From NCBI GenBank assembly GCA_043228905.1, contig JBHGNT010000005.1, positions 5,456,001 through 5,520,000 of the forward strand: a stretch of 64,000 nucleotides of DNA, given 5' to 3'. A program made the translations under genes and the position numbers. Shown one piece after another: positions 34,201 to 48,454 of this stretch; the stretch's first letter is position 1, and the number at the start of each line of letters is the position of its first letter. The notes beneath the pieces were generated by a model. It saw only the letters and a list, made by a program, of their open reading frames with translations, was not told the DNA's origin and searched no databases. This stretch comes from Azolla caroliniana (taxonomy: Eukaryota > Plantae > Polypodiophyta).

Positions 34201-34839
34201 ACACCATCCTTGAAGTTGGTTAAAAAACTTCTTTTACATAAATGAAACTATATCTAAACTTTATATAGAAGTGTGTAGAAGCAAACTTTGGCTTGGTCTT
34301 CTAAGGTGAGGCCAAAAGTGGTGACTCTCGTCATGACTGGTTAGCTTTTGAAATTTGTTTAAACCTTTTTACATGGCTTGTTAGATTATATAGGTTATTA
34401 CATTAGTGTCCAAGTCCGTTGGTGGTCTTTTGTGGTTGGGTGTTGGTAAGATGCGCTTGGGCATTTCTTGCGAAACCTAAAAGCCAAATTGTTCCATGAA
34501 CTTATTGACCAACATTATTAGCCCAGGTTCAATAAAAGGAGTTCACTTCTCTATACGATAGAAAGTTTATAATCTCCTCAACACAATGGGAGATCCTAAT
34601 TGTCTCTTCATGATGGGAGTTGACAAATTTTCTACACCTTGAAAATAGTTTAGTGTTCACCGCCACAAGATGGTTGGTTTGTCAACACAATTGGAGTAGT
34701 TTAATATGAAACACGATGGGAGGGGTTAAGTGTTCACTAAGACAAGAGCAAATGAGTCCTCAAGGTTTTTGTACAAGGTGACATAATGTATTTAGAAAAG
34801 AGGGAAGAAGGATAATGTGATTAAGTTGACTAGAAGATT

Positions 34840-35265
34840 TTCTTTTCCCCAAAAAAAGGAGCTAGTTTCCCATTAGCTAGGAGAGATTTTTATAGAAACA
34901 CTATAAAAGGTGGCTTATATCTAAATAAGGGAATCACCCCCCAACCAAGTTCAAGAATATGAGACTACATACATATCTTCTCATACTTTCTACTTGATGT
35001 AAGTAGATACCTAGAGCTATAAACTAGTGACAATCATCGTCGGCCAACACGAGCCCGATCCTTTGGCCTTCAATGGAGGGAGGGTGGGAGGTGAGTAGGA
35101 AACAACCAACATGGGGGTTGGTAGTTCCACTGAGTCTGCCCGTTTCCTCGTTGCGCCACCATCAGCTTGTTCCTCCATTTATACCAAAAGCGTACGTGGG
35201 CAATGAACACGTCATCGGAGTGCCCGCAAACCTCGTCCAACTACCCTCGAAGGAAGTTGATAATT
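34840..35265 (-). mobile_element. L1-like LINE 3' end, inverted relative to the next copy
   Basis: Reverse complement aligns with 35755-35940 (LRG.LDEVC...WNYQPPCWLF) and has a ctaatgg...tttttgggaaaa tail. Confidence 0.75.
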
Positions 35266-35389
35266 GTGAACCATCTACCTTTTTGTTAATGAGACATGTT
35301 GGCAAGTTAACATGTACTTAAGTCTTTAAGAATGTGTATGGGGAATGTATCACCATCTACCCTTTGTTAATGAGTTAGATAACTTAGGG

Positions 35390-36155
35390 GATTGGGCATT
35401 GTCTGTGGGATTGCCCTCACGCTCAAAAGGTATGGGATAGAGTGACTCGCCTCCTTGCAGCATGTGAAGTGGAAGGAACAACATCGTGGAGTGTTGCGGC
35501 ATGGCTTGATCACTCTGTTGATAGGTGGATGGACGCCTTCAATGCGGATAGTTGGTGCTACGTATGCATGAGAGGAAAAATTGCCAAGATTCGATTTGAG
35601 AGAGGCTTGCAGTCCACATCCCCTAGGTTCCCAGACATTTGGATGTTGATCGCAGGCTTCATCCTGTGGTATGTATGGAAAGCGTGTTGCCTAAAGGTCT
35701 TTCAAGATCTGGTGCGGCCCCTAGAGGAAGTGATCATGGACATATGGTTTGCACTTATTAGCTGCCTACGAGGGCAATTGGATGAGGTTTGCAGCCATTC
35801 CAATGACGTGGTTACTACCTATTTGCACTTTTGGCAAAAATGGTGGAACATGCCTATGGTGACACAAGGAGGAAGTGGCCCGAGGTGGAACTACTAGCCC
35901 CCATGTTGGCTGTTTCAAACTCACTTACCACCCTCCCTTTGTTGTCGACCCCAGGAGTTGTCTTGTACTAGCCATCACTGAAGGGCACCGTTTTTAGCTA
36001 TAGGTACTTACATTAAGTAGTCAATCCGAAATGCGATGTAACTAGTCTCATTTTCTTGAACTTGATCGGAGGGAGATTCCCCGATCTATGTACAGTCTCT
36101 TTGTAATAATCCTTCCTAATTAATGGCAAAGTAGCTTCATTTTGGAAAAGAAAAA
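35390..36155 (+). mobile_element. L1-like LINE 3' fragment
   Basis: HCLWDCPHAQKVW, ILWYVWKACCLKVF, GPRWNY; tail ...taatggcaaagtagcttcattttggaaaa. Confidence 0.85.
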
Positions 36156-36289
36156 CAAACAATAATGTTCCTTTCACAATTGAGAGCATATAAAGGTCTA
36201 TAAAAATACCTTTATACCCTATTAAAATGTTTAACTCATTCTCTCTATTGTCCTTTATGTTCAAGGGGTTTTCCGTATATCCCCATGCT

Positions 36290-37010
36290 GCAACATAAGA
36301 GGTGCTCCTTGGGTTTTATTGGCAATTAAAGGATGATACATGCTTGTTACAGATCACCACAAATATATTATATCATCGCGTAGTGACATTATTGTCTTGG
36401 TTATCACTTGAAGCGGAAAAAGTGTGGAATGTATGTAAGTCAAATGCAAGTTGGTGGCAAATATCGCAATGCGGTTGAGATTCTCATTTGTCATTTCGTA
36501 AGAAGGTATTAATGTGGAGAGTCATGATTCGTGGTCTCCCATTAGGTTCAACCTTAGGCAGACGAGGATTAGGATCATGTACATGCATCTTTTGCACCAT
36601 TCCATTGGTAGAGAATACCCATAGATTCAATAAATGCCCTATAGGTCATGTGATTTGGAAGTACTTATAGGAGATTCAGCAAGAGTTATTCAGTTGTTAT
36701 TTGATGCCTAAACAAGGAGTTTTTGCTCTATATGTTCAAAATTGTCCAAATAACAAGTTGGGGATCTTACTCCAATGTTTACACTATTGGGGGTTGCAAC
36801 ACATTTTGAATATGCATAATGGTTTCATGTTCAATGGTAAACTTGGGGTGAAAGTCCATGTTAAGAAATTAAAGATAAATTCCTCAAATGCATATTCAAG
36901 TTTTCTAATGCCTTCACATTATGTCTCTATACTTGCATAAGTAGAGAAGGCTAAGAAGTTGTAATTGTGTGTATTCCATACAATCAATATAATGGTGTAT
37001 TTTTACTAAA
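36290..37010 (+). mobile_element. Diverged 3' fragment of the (GA)n-associated LINE
   Basis: Homologous to 26790-28095 without the MITE (CIFCTIPLVENTHRFNKC); ends in (GA)n. Confidence 0.85.
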
Positions 37011-37551
37011 GAGAGAGAGAGAGAGAGAGAAAAGGTTACCAAAGACATTCATATGAAGCAAAGTGGGAGATGATTATGCAATTATCAATTCACACAATTA
37101 TATGGGGGAAAGTTGGTTTATTTGTAACTATTTCTATGTGTACTTTCATACTATCAATACAAATGGCCTATCCTTGTTTATTTCAAGAGTGAATCTCATG
37201 TTCTTTAGCTAGTGTTTATTTGAGCTTGATATCTCAATGCATGAAAAAATATAAACGTGTGGGAATCAATTTTTGGAAGGTATACCTCATACATATGATA
37301 CATATGTCAACCTCTGACAATAGTTCAGTAAAAGAATATTCCTATTTTTATTTTGGAGTTTGTGCATAACTAAGCAAAACGTATATCTATGCCCTTTCAT
37401 GTTAATGTGTGGTTACCAACTATGTTAAATTATCATAGTTGAATTAAGAAAAGAATAACCCATAAACGTTCAACAATTTTTTGAAAACCAACAATGAGGT
37501 TGGATTTTGTGCATCATATTATCCCACTTGTCCAATATTGTTAGAACAAAG

Positions 37552-37842
37552 TATGTGGATGAGGAACATATACTTGTGAGCTTAAAGAAGAAGATGATAC
37601 GTATCTTTGAGTTCCTAAGAACTTTGAGAGTGTGAAGACTAGCAAAGTTCCAAATTGTATGTATGTTATTATGAGTCATATATGTGGATGAGGAACATAT
37701 ACTTGCAAGCTTAAAGGTCGGCCGTATCTCCAAGTTCCTAAGAACTTTGAGGGTGTGAAGACTAGCAAAGTTCCAGAGTGTATGTATGTTATTATGAGTC
37801 AATATGTGGATGCAGAACATATATTTGCAAGGTTAAAGAAGA
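37552..37842. repeat. Tandem repeat, about 2.3 x 120-130 bp
   Basis: tatgtggatg(agg/cag)aacatata...gttcctaagaactttgag...gactagcaaagttcca recurs at 37552, 37681 and 37803. Confidence 0.8.
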
Positions 37843-39305
37843 ATATGGTACATAGTGTTTAGGGTTTAGGGTTCCAAACCAATTGCCTTGGAATCTCTTT
37901 ATGAAATTTTTGGTGCTTCGGACAAAGTTCTTGATTTCTTAAAGACATTATCACATGAATGCATGTGCCATGAACATAAACATTTGAGTTCATGATTTTA
38001 ACATATGCTAGATGTACATAAAAAATAAATATGCCATGTGATATGGGTAAGAAACAAATCTATTGTCCTTTATACTTAAATTTGTAACTTTAGTTTGTTT
38101 TTATTTGGATCTTATTTATTGTGTTGTTGTATTACGTTTTTGTTACAAATTTTTGGTTTAGATATTACACTTACGGTATGGTTTTTTTGTCACAAGGTTC
38201 TCATTGGGTGGCCAGATGTTGATGAGTACATAATAACATGTAACAATTTGGTTTGAGCTAAAACCAAAACCATGAAGCCAAATCTAAAATTGTGTGGTTT
38301 GGTTTAAGCTTTAAAATAAGAAATGGTTTGGCTTGGAAGTTTAATGGTCCAATTTAAAAGTGTTATGATTTAATAGTATACAGTTTGTTAGGCACAACGT
38401 GAATAGTGTATATGATCATTTGACATTAAAAATTAGTATAAAAACCATAAACCCAACGCATCTCTTCTAAGTTATTTCATCCTATGTGTAGGTTTAAACC
38501 GTTACGGTTTCAATGGTTTTGTTTTACACTATTTCAGCTTGAGGATCTCTTTTGATTTGAATGATTTCAGGGTTTGCTTTGCTTTTGTCTAGTTTGAATA
38601 TATTTAAATGGTTTGAGTCTTGAGTTTATGATTCCAAGACTTGTTTAAGCCAAACACTGTTGAGGTATTAATGAGTTAGTAATACTCACGAAGGTGATTC
38701 TACATTTCAGAAACTTTTCTTCATATTGTTTTTGAAGAATAAAAACATGTTATTCTCAAAGGAATTGGGGACCATTTAAGAAATACAATAATTGCATGTG
38801 CAAAGGCTTAGAAGTCCATAAATAGCCTCCATTATGAAACCTAGGGAAATAGATATATGATGATATATCATGTTGTTGATCATTAAAAAAATTCCATGGT
38901 GGCATTGGAGGTTTGGGAGAAGAGCCAAATCATGTACTATGACTTCTTCTAGAGTTTTCTTTCGATAAAAATGTTCAAAAGTTGAAGCTAATCTCCTTTT
39001 TGTTTGAAGCATTTGTGATGCATACCTGGATAGGGACAATGGGTAGAGGTTTATATTTTAAAAGGTTTTTTGAAATGCTACATGAACTTACTGTGAAAAC
39101 CTCCAATTTTCAAACAACAATAACAATAGTAAGAAAAAGCACTCTGGCGCTTACCTATATGAGGTTTTTTGGGCGTTATTGAGGAGGCAAATGTGGAAGA
39201 AAAATAAAATCAATAGGGTAAATATTATAGAAGAAACAAAGCTAGTAGGTGCATTATGAGAAGTTGTTTGGAATGAGACTAAGGTGTGGCTTGTTTCCTT
39301 AGCAT

Positions 39306-40055
39306 GTTTTTTTTTTTTTTTCCAAAAAAACACTACTTCGCATTAGTTAGCAAACAAAATTACATCATAGAACACCCAAAGTTCTTCTCACCAGCCCTCA
39401 CTCTGGCCTTCCCACCAAAGTGGACATAGTCCCCACCTCATTTTCAACAAACGTATCCAAACAACTCCAATAACCTAATAATTTGTACCATATCTATACA
39501 GATTTACAGTACCTAGACGCTGGTGGAAACCGGAAACAGCCATCGGGGTGCTTGGTAGTTCCATTGAGGCCTTGATGATGATCTGCCCACCATAGGAGAA
39601 TTACCCCATTTCAGCAAGAACTTTGATTGAGATCTTTCAGCTGCATCAGATTCCCCCTTAATTGGGTCGTATCGTCCCTGCAGCCAAGATACCAACTCAA
39701 ACCAGATATTTAATAATACCTCACCGCTAAGGATCTTTTGTTGTTGAAAAACAAATTTACAACGATTGGTCCAAATGTGCCAGACCGCTAAACAAGACAC
39801 CATCATCCATATCTCTTCAAAAAAATTTGAGTTAGTGCCATGTCGAACTCCAGCCCGTTGAAACACCTTGTCATCCTGCACTATAAAACCATGTCCGTGG
39901 GGTTTTAACTATTCAGCCCAGCCTTCCCCTGTTAACTTCAGCCCTTGTACGGACCCCCATACAACTCTCCCATTCACTCCACATGCTACCACTATCATGA
40001 GACTTCTACCGCAAATGTTAATAGCCTCGCTGCAATTCCAAAAACAATGAGGAAT
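39306..40055 (-). mobile_element. L1-like LINE 3' fragment
   Basis: FFEEIWMMVSCLAVWHIW...QWNYQAPRWLFP; same family as 49250-51068; poly-T at 39307. Confidence 0.88.
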
Positions 40056-41367
40056 TGATGTACATACATATACCTTGGTATTGATGTTTTGTTATCCCTT
40101 TCAAATAGCCATCTATTTCTTATTCTTGATGCTTTCATACATGTATTCTCGTCAAAGAATTCAAATCCCTTGATGTATAGTGATTGCCAATATGGGATTA
40201 ACACAATGTAGTTCATGGGTTTTTGTCCATTAGAATTTGGTGATGCACATTAATTTTCATTGTAAGATTGCATATGAGACACTATAATGTCAAGATTTAA
40301 GAAAACTATGTCATGAGTATTGACTCGCATGATTCGTACGCAATGAATAACTTTATAGAGAATATATATGATGATATAATATGAAAACAGGTAGGCATGT
40401 TGAGATTACAATCAACCATCATGGTAGTTACATACTAGTATGTCAACCTTTTCAAGAAGTATCATAATTTTTGTATTTTAAGCGTGTTTTGTATGTACCT
40501 CTCAGGAGGGCACCCTTGCATGCAGGTATGGTCCCCATATACCATAAAAGGACAAATAAATGAAATCTCATATGTGGGCACACACATGGGAAATGATATT
40601 AAAAATGAGCCATGCCGCTCACCCCTCGGTATCCACGAGCTAAGAAGACACAACTATATATGTACATCAATGTGTTCCCCACATTGACAATGACATCCTA
40701 AATGTATGAAGTTATCAACTTATTTACTTTATAATCTTATTTATTGTGGTGCATTCAAGTCTTTTTGTAGCAACATTGAGCCCACACAAAGTTTATACGA
40801 TGAATTCACTTGCCATCCTTGATCCGGTTAAATAGTGAAGCTATACCATATTGATCCTTTGTTAGATAAATTAAATTGTCCCAATCCCCTTCGAGATAGT
40901 TTGATGTTTGCTTACCTAATTTTAACTGAAAAGCATTTAATTCATATTAAGTTCTTGATTTTGTATCCATAGCCTAAATTGCATTGGAGTACATGCAACT
41001 AACGCCATGTAGAGCAATGAATGAAGGCCAACACATGGACAATTAAATGAGTACCAACAATAGAAAATGGGATGAAAGAAAAATTAATTTATTCAGGAAA
41101 TGTAAACAAAATAGGCACATAGAAAAACGGAACAACAAGCTTGTATCACGTGTGCCATTTCCTTTGAGAAAAGTATTGTGTTAATATCAATGAGTCTTTG
41201 ATGGAGCTCCATATAGTGTCCTTAAGAAGAGCCAAAAGTGGACTTATTATATAGATGTGACTATTTACATCTTTCTATATAATGGCATAGATCTTGAGAG
41301 GTGAGTTCCTAATCATGACAATTTACCATGGGAGCTTTGCAATAGTTAGAAGAATAGATCTCTATCA

Positions 41368-41587
41368 TATTGCATAGTAAAAGAAAAATGAATTGTTCTT
41401 TTATGCGTGGAATGTAAGTATCTAGGTTAAAAGTTAAAACTTTTACAGGAAAAGAATTCCTAATATGAAAATGATGCTATTGCATAGTAAAAGAAAAATG
41501 AATTGTTCTTTTATGCGTGGAATGTAAGTATCTAGGTTAAAAGTTAAAACTTTTACAGGAAAAGAATTCCTAATATGAAAATGATGC
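41368..41587. repeat. Perfect tandem duplication, 2 x 110 bp
   Basis: 41368-41477 is identical to 41478-41587. Confidence 0.95.
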
Positions 41588-42935
41588 CCAAGTGTCAAAG
41601 GTGTAAAGCTACTAGCATCCATAGAAATGCCTAATTGTATTGAGCATTGAAAGATTTATCCAGATAAAAACTGTTGAAAATCTACCTAGTTGACTACTCT
41701 TGAATAGAAAGTGGATTTTCTAAAAGTACATGAGACTTACATCCAAATTCTAATTAATGAGGCATTAATATTATTCATATAGCATGTGGAATTTTACGTG
41801 TATAACTAACTACTCATCAAAGGTGATATTTGGGATGGCTTTATACGAGCCCCTACGTCATATGGTAATTTTCTTGAAACATTGTCTCCATAGACCTCTG
41901 AGAGCACCCATTTGCACAAGCATATTTGAAAAGTTTAAGAGAAAAAGTGTGTCTACTACTAATACTACTCCACAACCATTACATATGTGCTTAAATTTCA
42001 TTACTCAAAGCTGATGCGGAAATGCTGAAGCACCTTTGTTCTACAAAGCATTAGCAGATGTCTCTTATGATATAGACCTTCTGAAAATGAAAAATGCAAG
42101 TAGAAATGTGACAAAGGCATTCCCAACCTAGCAAAAGTTGAGAAAAGTTGTGAATTTGGTGTTCTTATGAAATGATGTACAAAGAAAACTATTAACTTGT
42201 CTCATTCAATTCTTTTATGTCAAAGAGACTTCTAATTGTTGGTGACTTGGTATTCTACAACCATTCGCTAATAAAAGAACCTTTGACAATTAAAAATCGG
42301 CATACACGAGGGCATTGCTCTCATTTCGAGGGAGCCACACAAAGTAGAAAGGCAAACATGAGTTATGCCCGTGTATGGTGCCTTATTTGGGGCTTGGAGC
42401 AATATCTGCGCTACGTTATTCAAATGGAACATTAAAAAAAAAAAATCATAAGAGAGGGAGAGAAAATGTTGCATTTGAATAACTATTTTAAAGTAGTTCG
42501 ACCAACAACTCCCACATTTCTGACACCAGAGACAACACTGCAAAATTTGACATTTGAACTACTATTAAATTTATTTTTTTAAGTACGCCACACTAATTCT
42601 CACAAGTTCCAATGCAATGCTTTTTTTAAAATTTCTCGCCGCAGAGAGGTGGGGTAATATAACTCGAGGTTTTATATAGGCGAAGGAAAAGAAGAGAGGC
42701 AAGAAGCGGGCATTTGGGAAAAGGTAGTAGAAATCCTTGAGAGCAACCCACGTTTCGTATCCGGCACGCGAGTCGAGGATCGAGGCTTATTGTCATGGAG
42801 CGGGCGCCGATCCGAAAAGCCGAGCCACAGCAAAGTCATGCGTGAGCAAATGCGGGGCCGAATCCAGGAAGTTAAGGCTTAAACAGGAAAAGAAGGCGAC
42901 CGACCGGTCTCCGGAAATGCACAATGTGCGTGCTA

Positions 42936-42980
<45 letters not shown>

Positions 42981-44132
42981 CGACGTCCTTGCAGAACCCT
43001 TTGTGAAACAGGGAGAGAGAGGGCAGGCGCGGAGGGGCAGAACGTGTAACTACAGTAAGAACTGTTTCCGAGAAACAGTTGTGGCCTTTTATCAGGGGAG
43101 CAGGATCCGTCGGGCGGGGGCCTATAGGGTGAAAGCGGGGTGAAATCGATCGATCGATCATGTTCTCGGGACTAAAAAAAGGAGAAGGCGTTGGGGCGTG
43201 CCTTGTACCTCTACTACCTCTATCTCTATCTATCTATAATTCTATCTATCTATCATTCTATCTATGTATTTGGTGGTATTTCTTACTTTCTTTTGTTGGT
43301 TGGGTTGGTTGGTTCTTGTTGGGGGGGTATGTAGTGGGAAGGGGGGGAATTTCTTCACCTTTTCTTGCTTCTCTTTCTCTTTCTCTTTCTCTTTCTCTTT
43401 CTCTTTAGTCTCTTTCTCTCATGTAAATGAAGGCAAAGAAATGTTAATGTAAAAATGTGGGTCCTCACTCCTCTCCTCTCCTTCCTGTTTTTGTCTGCTT
43501 TTTGTGTTATAAGACTCTCTCAGCAAGACAACAGAAATGAAGAAGAAGAAAGAAGCTTCTTCTTCTTCTTCTTCTTCTTCTCCTCTTCCATAACTAGCTT
43601 CTTCTTCTTCTTCTTTTATATTCTTCTTCTTCTTCCTCTTTTTGCACAGACGCCGACATCCCTGCCAGAGGAAGCGGCCTCCTTTTCTTCCATAGCTCAC
43701 CACAATTGACCATGCAATGGTCTTTTTTGCATACACTCTCATCAGCGTGGGCTCATCAAATATCAAAGATCCCTGGTCAGGCCCCCAAAACAAATTTTAA
43801 TAAAGTGGCTCTCAATAATGCTCCTCCGTAAATGAAAATAAATAAACGAAGCTTGAAGAAGATCCCATCTTGCAGAGAAGCTTGCCCCTTTTTGGTATGT
43901 TAAAAATTCTTGAAGTTGTATATGAATCATAGTACCGAGTGACAATAATAATAATAATAATAATAATAAAACACACACCACCATTAGGATGGTCTAGGTT
44001 GAGAGGAAGCTCTTTGAAACTGTAGAAAAAAAATAAAATTAGTTAGGGTTTTTTATTTTGTTTTTCGTTGTTGGGTTTTCCTTGTTTGTGCAAATAGTTG
44101 AATGCTAGCTATAGGTAGCTGTAGCTACTATA

Positions 44133-45983
44133 ATGGCTATTCTGGTGGACCACCGCCATCTTGCTTCTTCGAAGGTAGGATTTGGTCGGCCAAATCGGTC
44201 TCGCCGAGGCAGTGCTATGGCCATCGTAGCTATCATTGCGTTAATAGTGTTTTTGGGTTGTTCCTTTGGCCGCCCCTTGGATTTACAAGGCTTGATTTGG
44301 ACGGACATGCATCGTGGCCGCCTATTCTCACGCAAGTCCGAACCTCTCAATGCCGCCCTCGATAATCTTGATCATTCCGCCATCGTAACTTTGTCTACAA
44401 AGAAAGATTTGGGACATGTATATTCCTCAGGTTTGAGGAATCTGAACATCAAACTCGAGTCTTGCAACGATAATAGCACTACAGCCAGTGCCCTTCTCAA
44501 GGTTTTTATGTATGATCTTCCGCCTGAGTTTCATTTCGGCATGTTGGATCAATCATATTCGTCAAGCCACCAAATTTGGCCGATCAACATCTCCCAAGTG
44601 CCAAGGTACCCAGGAGGTCTCAACTTGCAACATAGCATCGAATATTGGCTTACGTTAGATCTCCTCTTTTCTTCAACCAAACCAAAGCACATGACCTGTT
44701 ATTATAAGGTTGCCACAATCCTTGTACCAAACCCAAATGATGCAGACATTTGTTTTGTTCCATTCTTCTCGTCTCTGAGCTATAATAGGTATCATGGTGG
44801 GGGGTCCCTGGACAGTGTGAATACAGACAAAAACACTGAGTTGCAAGAGAGGCTAATTCAGTTTTTGCACAGACAAAACGCGTGGCGGAATTCAGGCGGC
44901 AAGAATCATGTCATCCTGATGCACCATCCGAATAGTTTGCATGTGGCACGAGAACAGTTGAGATCGGCGATATTTGTGGTTTCAGACTTTGGGCGATATC
45001 CAAGTCAAGTTGCAAATGTTGGGAAAGATGTGGTCGCCCCCTATAAACACATGGTTCCAACCTATAAAAATGACCGCTCGAGTTATCAGAGCCGAACAAC
45101 ACTTCTCTACTTCCAAGGGGCCATTGTTAGAAAAGAGGTATAATTTCCATAATTATTGTTACGCCTTGTATTATATGTCAGTGTAGATCTTGTCCTTTGT
45201 ATGTAAAAAAATGCATAAATCAGGCCTCCAATACCATCTGACTTCGTGATAGGGCTATATATTTCATTGTGAACTCCCTTGGCTGTTGATAGAAGCTTGT
45301 TTATATGAGCATGTGTAATTATATATTAAGAGTCAAATTAAGGCAAGGGATTAAGAAAATGATTATATTTCTTTACTTAAAAGATAATTAGCTGCTAATT
45401 TAATGAAGTGCAATTTGGTCAGCCCTGAATCAACAATTGGTGATTGATTGATGTCCAGGGAGGCATGATTCGGCAACAACTTTATGAGATGCTCAAGGAT
45501 GAGCCAGGAGTTCATTTTTCAACAGGAAACACTCAAAATGATGGGATACGGAGTGCGTCAGGGGGTATGAAATCCTCTAAATTTTGTCTCCACCTTGCAG
45601 GGGATACACCATCTTCGAATAGGTTATTTGATGCCATAGCTAGCCATTGTGTCCCGGTGGTTATCAGTGATGAGATAGAACTTCCTTTCGAAGATGAGCT
45701 AGATTATTCGAGATTTTGCTTATTTGTGAGGTCCCAAGATGCTCTTCAGAAAGGGTTTTTGATGGACATGCTTCAAAGTGTGAAAGAAGAAGAGTGGACC
45801 CGCATGTGGATGCAGCTCCAGGTTGTGGATCGACACTTCGAGTTTCAATATCCATCTTTTCCCGGTGAGGCAGTCGATATGATATGGAAAAGCATTGCTC
45901 AAAAGGTTCCTCAAGTAAAACAGATATTACACAAGGAGAAAAGGTATTCCAGGTCAAGATTACCGAACAAAAGGAATGCGTAA
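44133..45983 (+). CDS. Exostosin-family (GT47) glycosyltransferase, ARAD-like clade, 509 aa
   Basis: Exons 44133-45137 and 45459-45983 (GAG|gta...ccag|GGA). N-terminal TM anchor; LKVFMYDLPPEFHFG, YPGGLNLQHSIEYWL, KDVVAPYKH, SSKFCLHLAGDTPSSNRLFDAIASHCVPV. Confidence 0.95.
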
Positions 45984-48454
45984 GGTGTGGTCGCAACATT
46001 CTTTTTTCAAAAGAAACTGACTGGATAAAGCTAAGGCAAAGGGGTATTCTACATTCAGAAGGATTCATAATCGTATAAAATGTAAATGCTATTGTGGGAA
46101 TGTTTTTTGACAGAGCGTTAGCCTCATGCCTAGCTCTTTACTTCCCAAAAACATGATTGACTTGATGCGATGGAGGTAAATAATTGAGAATAGCGAGGAA
46201 AATAGACTTACCCTCGGCTCTGTTACAAGCGAAGAATGTTAGAAGTTTGATATGTTTTTGGGCATTCGGTTCGGAATAGGAACGATTAAGATCTGAATAT
46301 CTTCTTTAAGTGAGCTTTTTACACACCACATGTTTACCACAGAGAGACAACATAAGGATGTGATATGCCTATGTGTATTCTATGTTAAGTTAAGAGGGTA
46401 TGGCAAACGTGACCAAAGGAGAGCCTGAATGCTCACAATTGTGTATAAAGAAGGAATTATCAAGTGCCTGTGTTGAATGCAATATTATCGGGAGTAGAAG
46501 TTGAGAAAGGACTTTCGGAACTCATCCCATGAATATTATTGATAGTTTTGTTATTAGCCAATAACAATCTTTCCTTCTAATATAAACCCTTTAATGGTTT
46601 GGGTGTTATTTGTTCCAATGGTGGTGAGTGAATTAGCAAGATGAAGAGCGAAGCATAGTTTGGATTCAAATAGTTATGTTACTAAAACACCATGTAATGC
46701 AATTGTGCTAATTAATTACGGTTTTTGATGTTCTCAAAATCTTCCACAAAGTTGCATGCAATTACGAAATGTTTATCTACACTTTTTGCGACAATATTAA
46801 GAAAACATTTGAAGAGATATCATATATGCTAGTATCTTTTCACGAAGACCATACATGAAGTTGGAAACCTGTTTTCAACATGCAATTTAAACTATGCTCT
46901 CAATTTCTATTTTGCATTGTAATAGATGAGCTGAACTTTCCTCATCAATCTGTGGAGCCATCAATGGGATGTTTGAGAAGAAAAATTCCTAGTGAGTAGA
47001 ATAATAGAAAACAAAAAATTGCTTTTGAAGGTTTAACAAAGTGAACAAAAAATCGTGCTAGATCATTTGTAATGTGATAGGCATGTGTTTATAAATGGTA
47101 CTCATTTGAAGCATGCATGATCTAGAGTGGCATCGAAGCAAAATTGTCTTGAAGTGTTAATGTTTTTCACATTTCCATCTTGTTTCTTCATTCCTAGCAT
47201 TCGTTATGCATTTAATACAAGGAAGCTGAATGGACACATAAGTTGGATGTGCTTCGATATTTACATATATTTACAAAGTTCAAACCTTCTTGAGTGGTTA
47301 GTCCATCGTATCATAGAATTCAACTATTCATGGAAGTCATGACTCATGATCACACAAGTTGAATGAACACATTAAAGGCACCAGAGAGGACACATCATTT
47401 TTCCTTTCATCATCCATCATGTTCTCCTATAGTTACGTACCATCTAAACTGTAATGTATTCATTTTCTTGAAGAAATAAAGCATGTGAGTAGATTGCGTC
47501 TCCATCCTAATTTTTTAGGTTCGCTTGAATGGCAATAGCAAAGGGTTGGTGACAATTTTTTGTATATGTTTGAATCTTGATGTTAACAATTTGTACTTTC
47601 TTCTCTTCTCCTTTATATGTGATGGTTGGTAACCTTTTTTGATGCATTCCTTCTCTCCATTGTAATGACTTCTAGCATCTATTTACATTGTCTTTTAACC
47701 CTTAAAAAATGGCAGTACTTTTCACTTCTTGTGTTTTGGAAAGAAATGACAAATACATTGTAAAGCCATTTCTATTAGTAATGCCTTGGCTTGCATGATG
47801 TCAAACTAAAACATGAAGATGTTTTATGAGAAATGCAACATCAAATTGGTTACTCAAGACTTTGCCACCACATTAATGTTTCAAATTTTGAGCTTTACCG
47901 ATGTATCATTGTGTTTACATAACCATTCGATTGTTATAAGTTCGTGATTTACTTTTGAGAATGTAATATGTGCTTTAGCATGTAATGTTTTGTTAAGTTC
48001 TAATTTTTCCTCCCATATTTTTTTAGTCACTAGGGAAAATACACAAAGTTTTTCAACTTGTTTGGAAAATAAATGACAATGCTAAAATTGGAAAGAAATT
48101 TATATTGATTTTTGTATTAGAAAACTCATGTTTTTCCTTTTGAAACTACATTTGTAAAATTATACAAGTGTTTCATACGCTCATAACAATTGCCTAGTCA
48201 AAGCAACAAGTTGTTAGTGTAAAAATGTATTGTTTTTATTACTTTATTATCATTTTGTATTCTTTAATAATAATAACACACTTTGTAATTCATGTTAATC
48301 AAAGTTGTAGACCCTACCACTTACTTGAGTGCGAGTTTGGTTTCAATGAACTTTCATGTTCTAAAACATATACATATTGAATCATGGTTTAAAACTTTAA
48401 TTTACAAAGCAGCACAACACATTACTATTGGATGTAAATGACATTGGTTGTGTC

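Noticed and set aside
42737-43161. GC-rich ORFs as a separate gene
   Set aside because: They span a (GT)n tract, lack homology cues and are better explained as the GT47 upstream/promoter region.
43455-43793. ORFs/uORFs upstream of the GT47 gene
   Set aside because: Dominated by (CTT)n microsatellite translation; no evidence of a conserved peptide.
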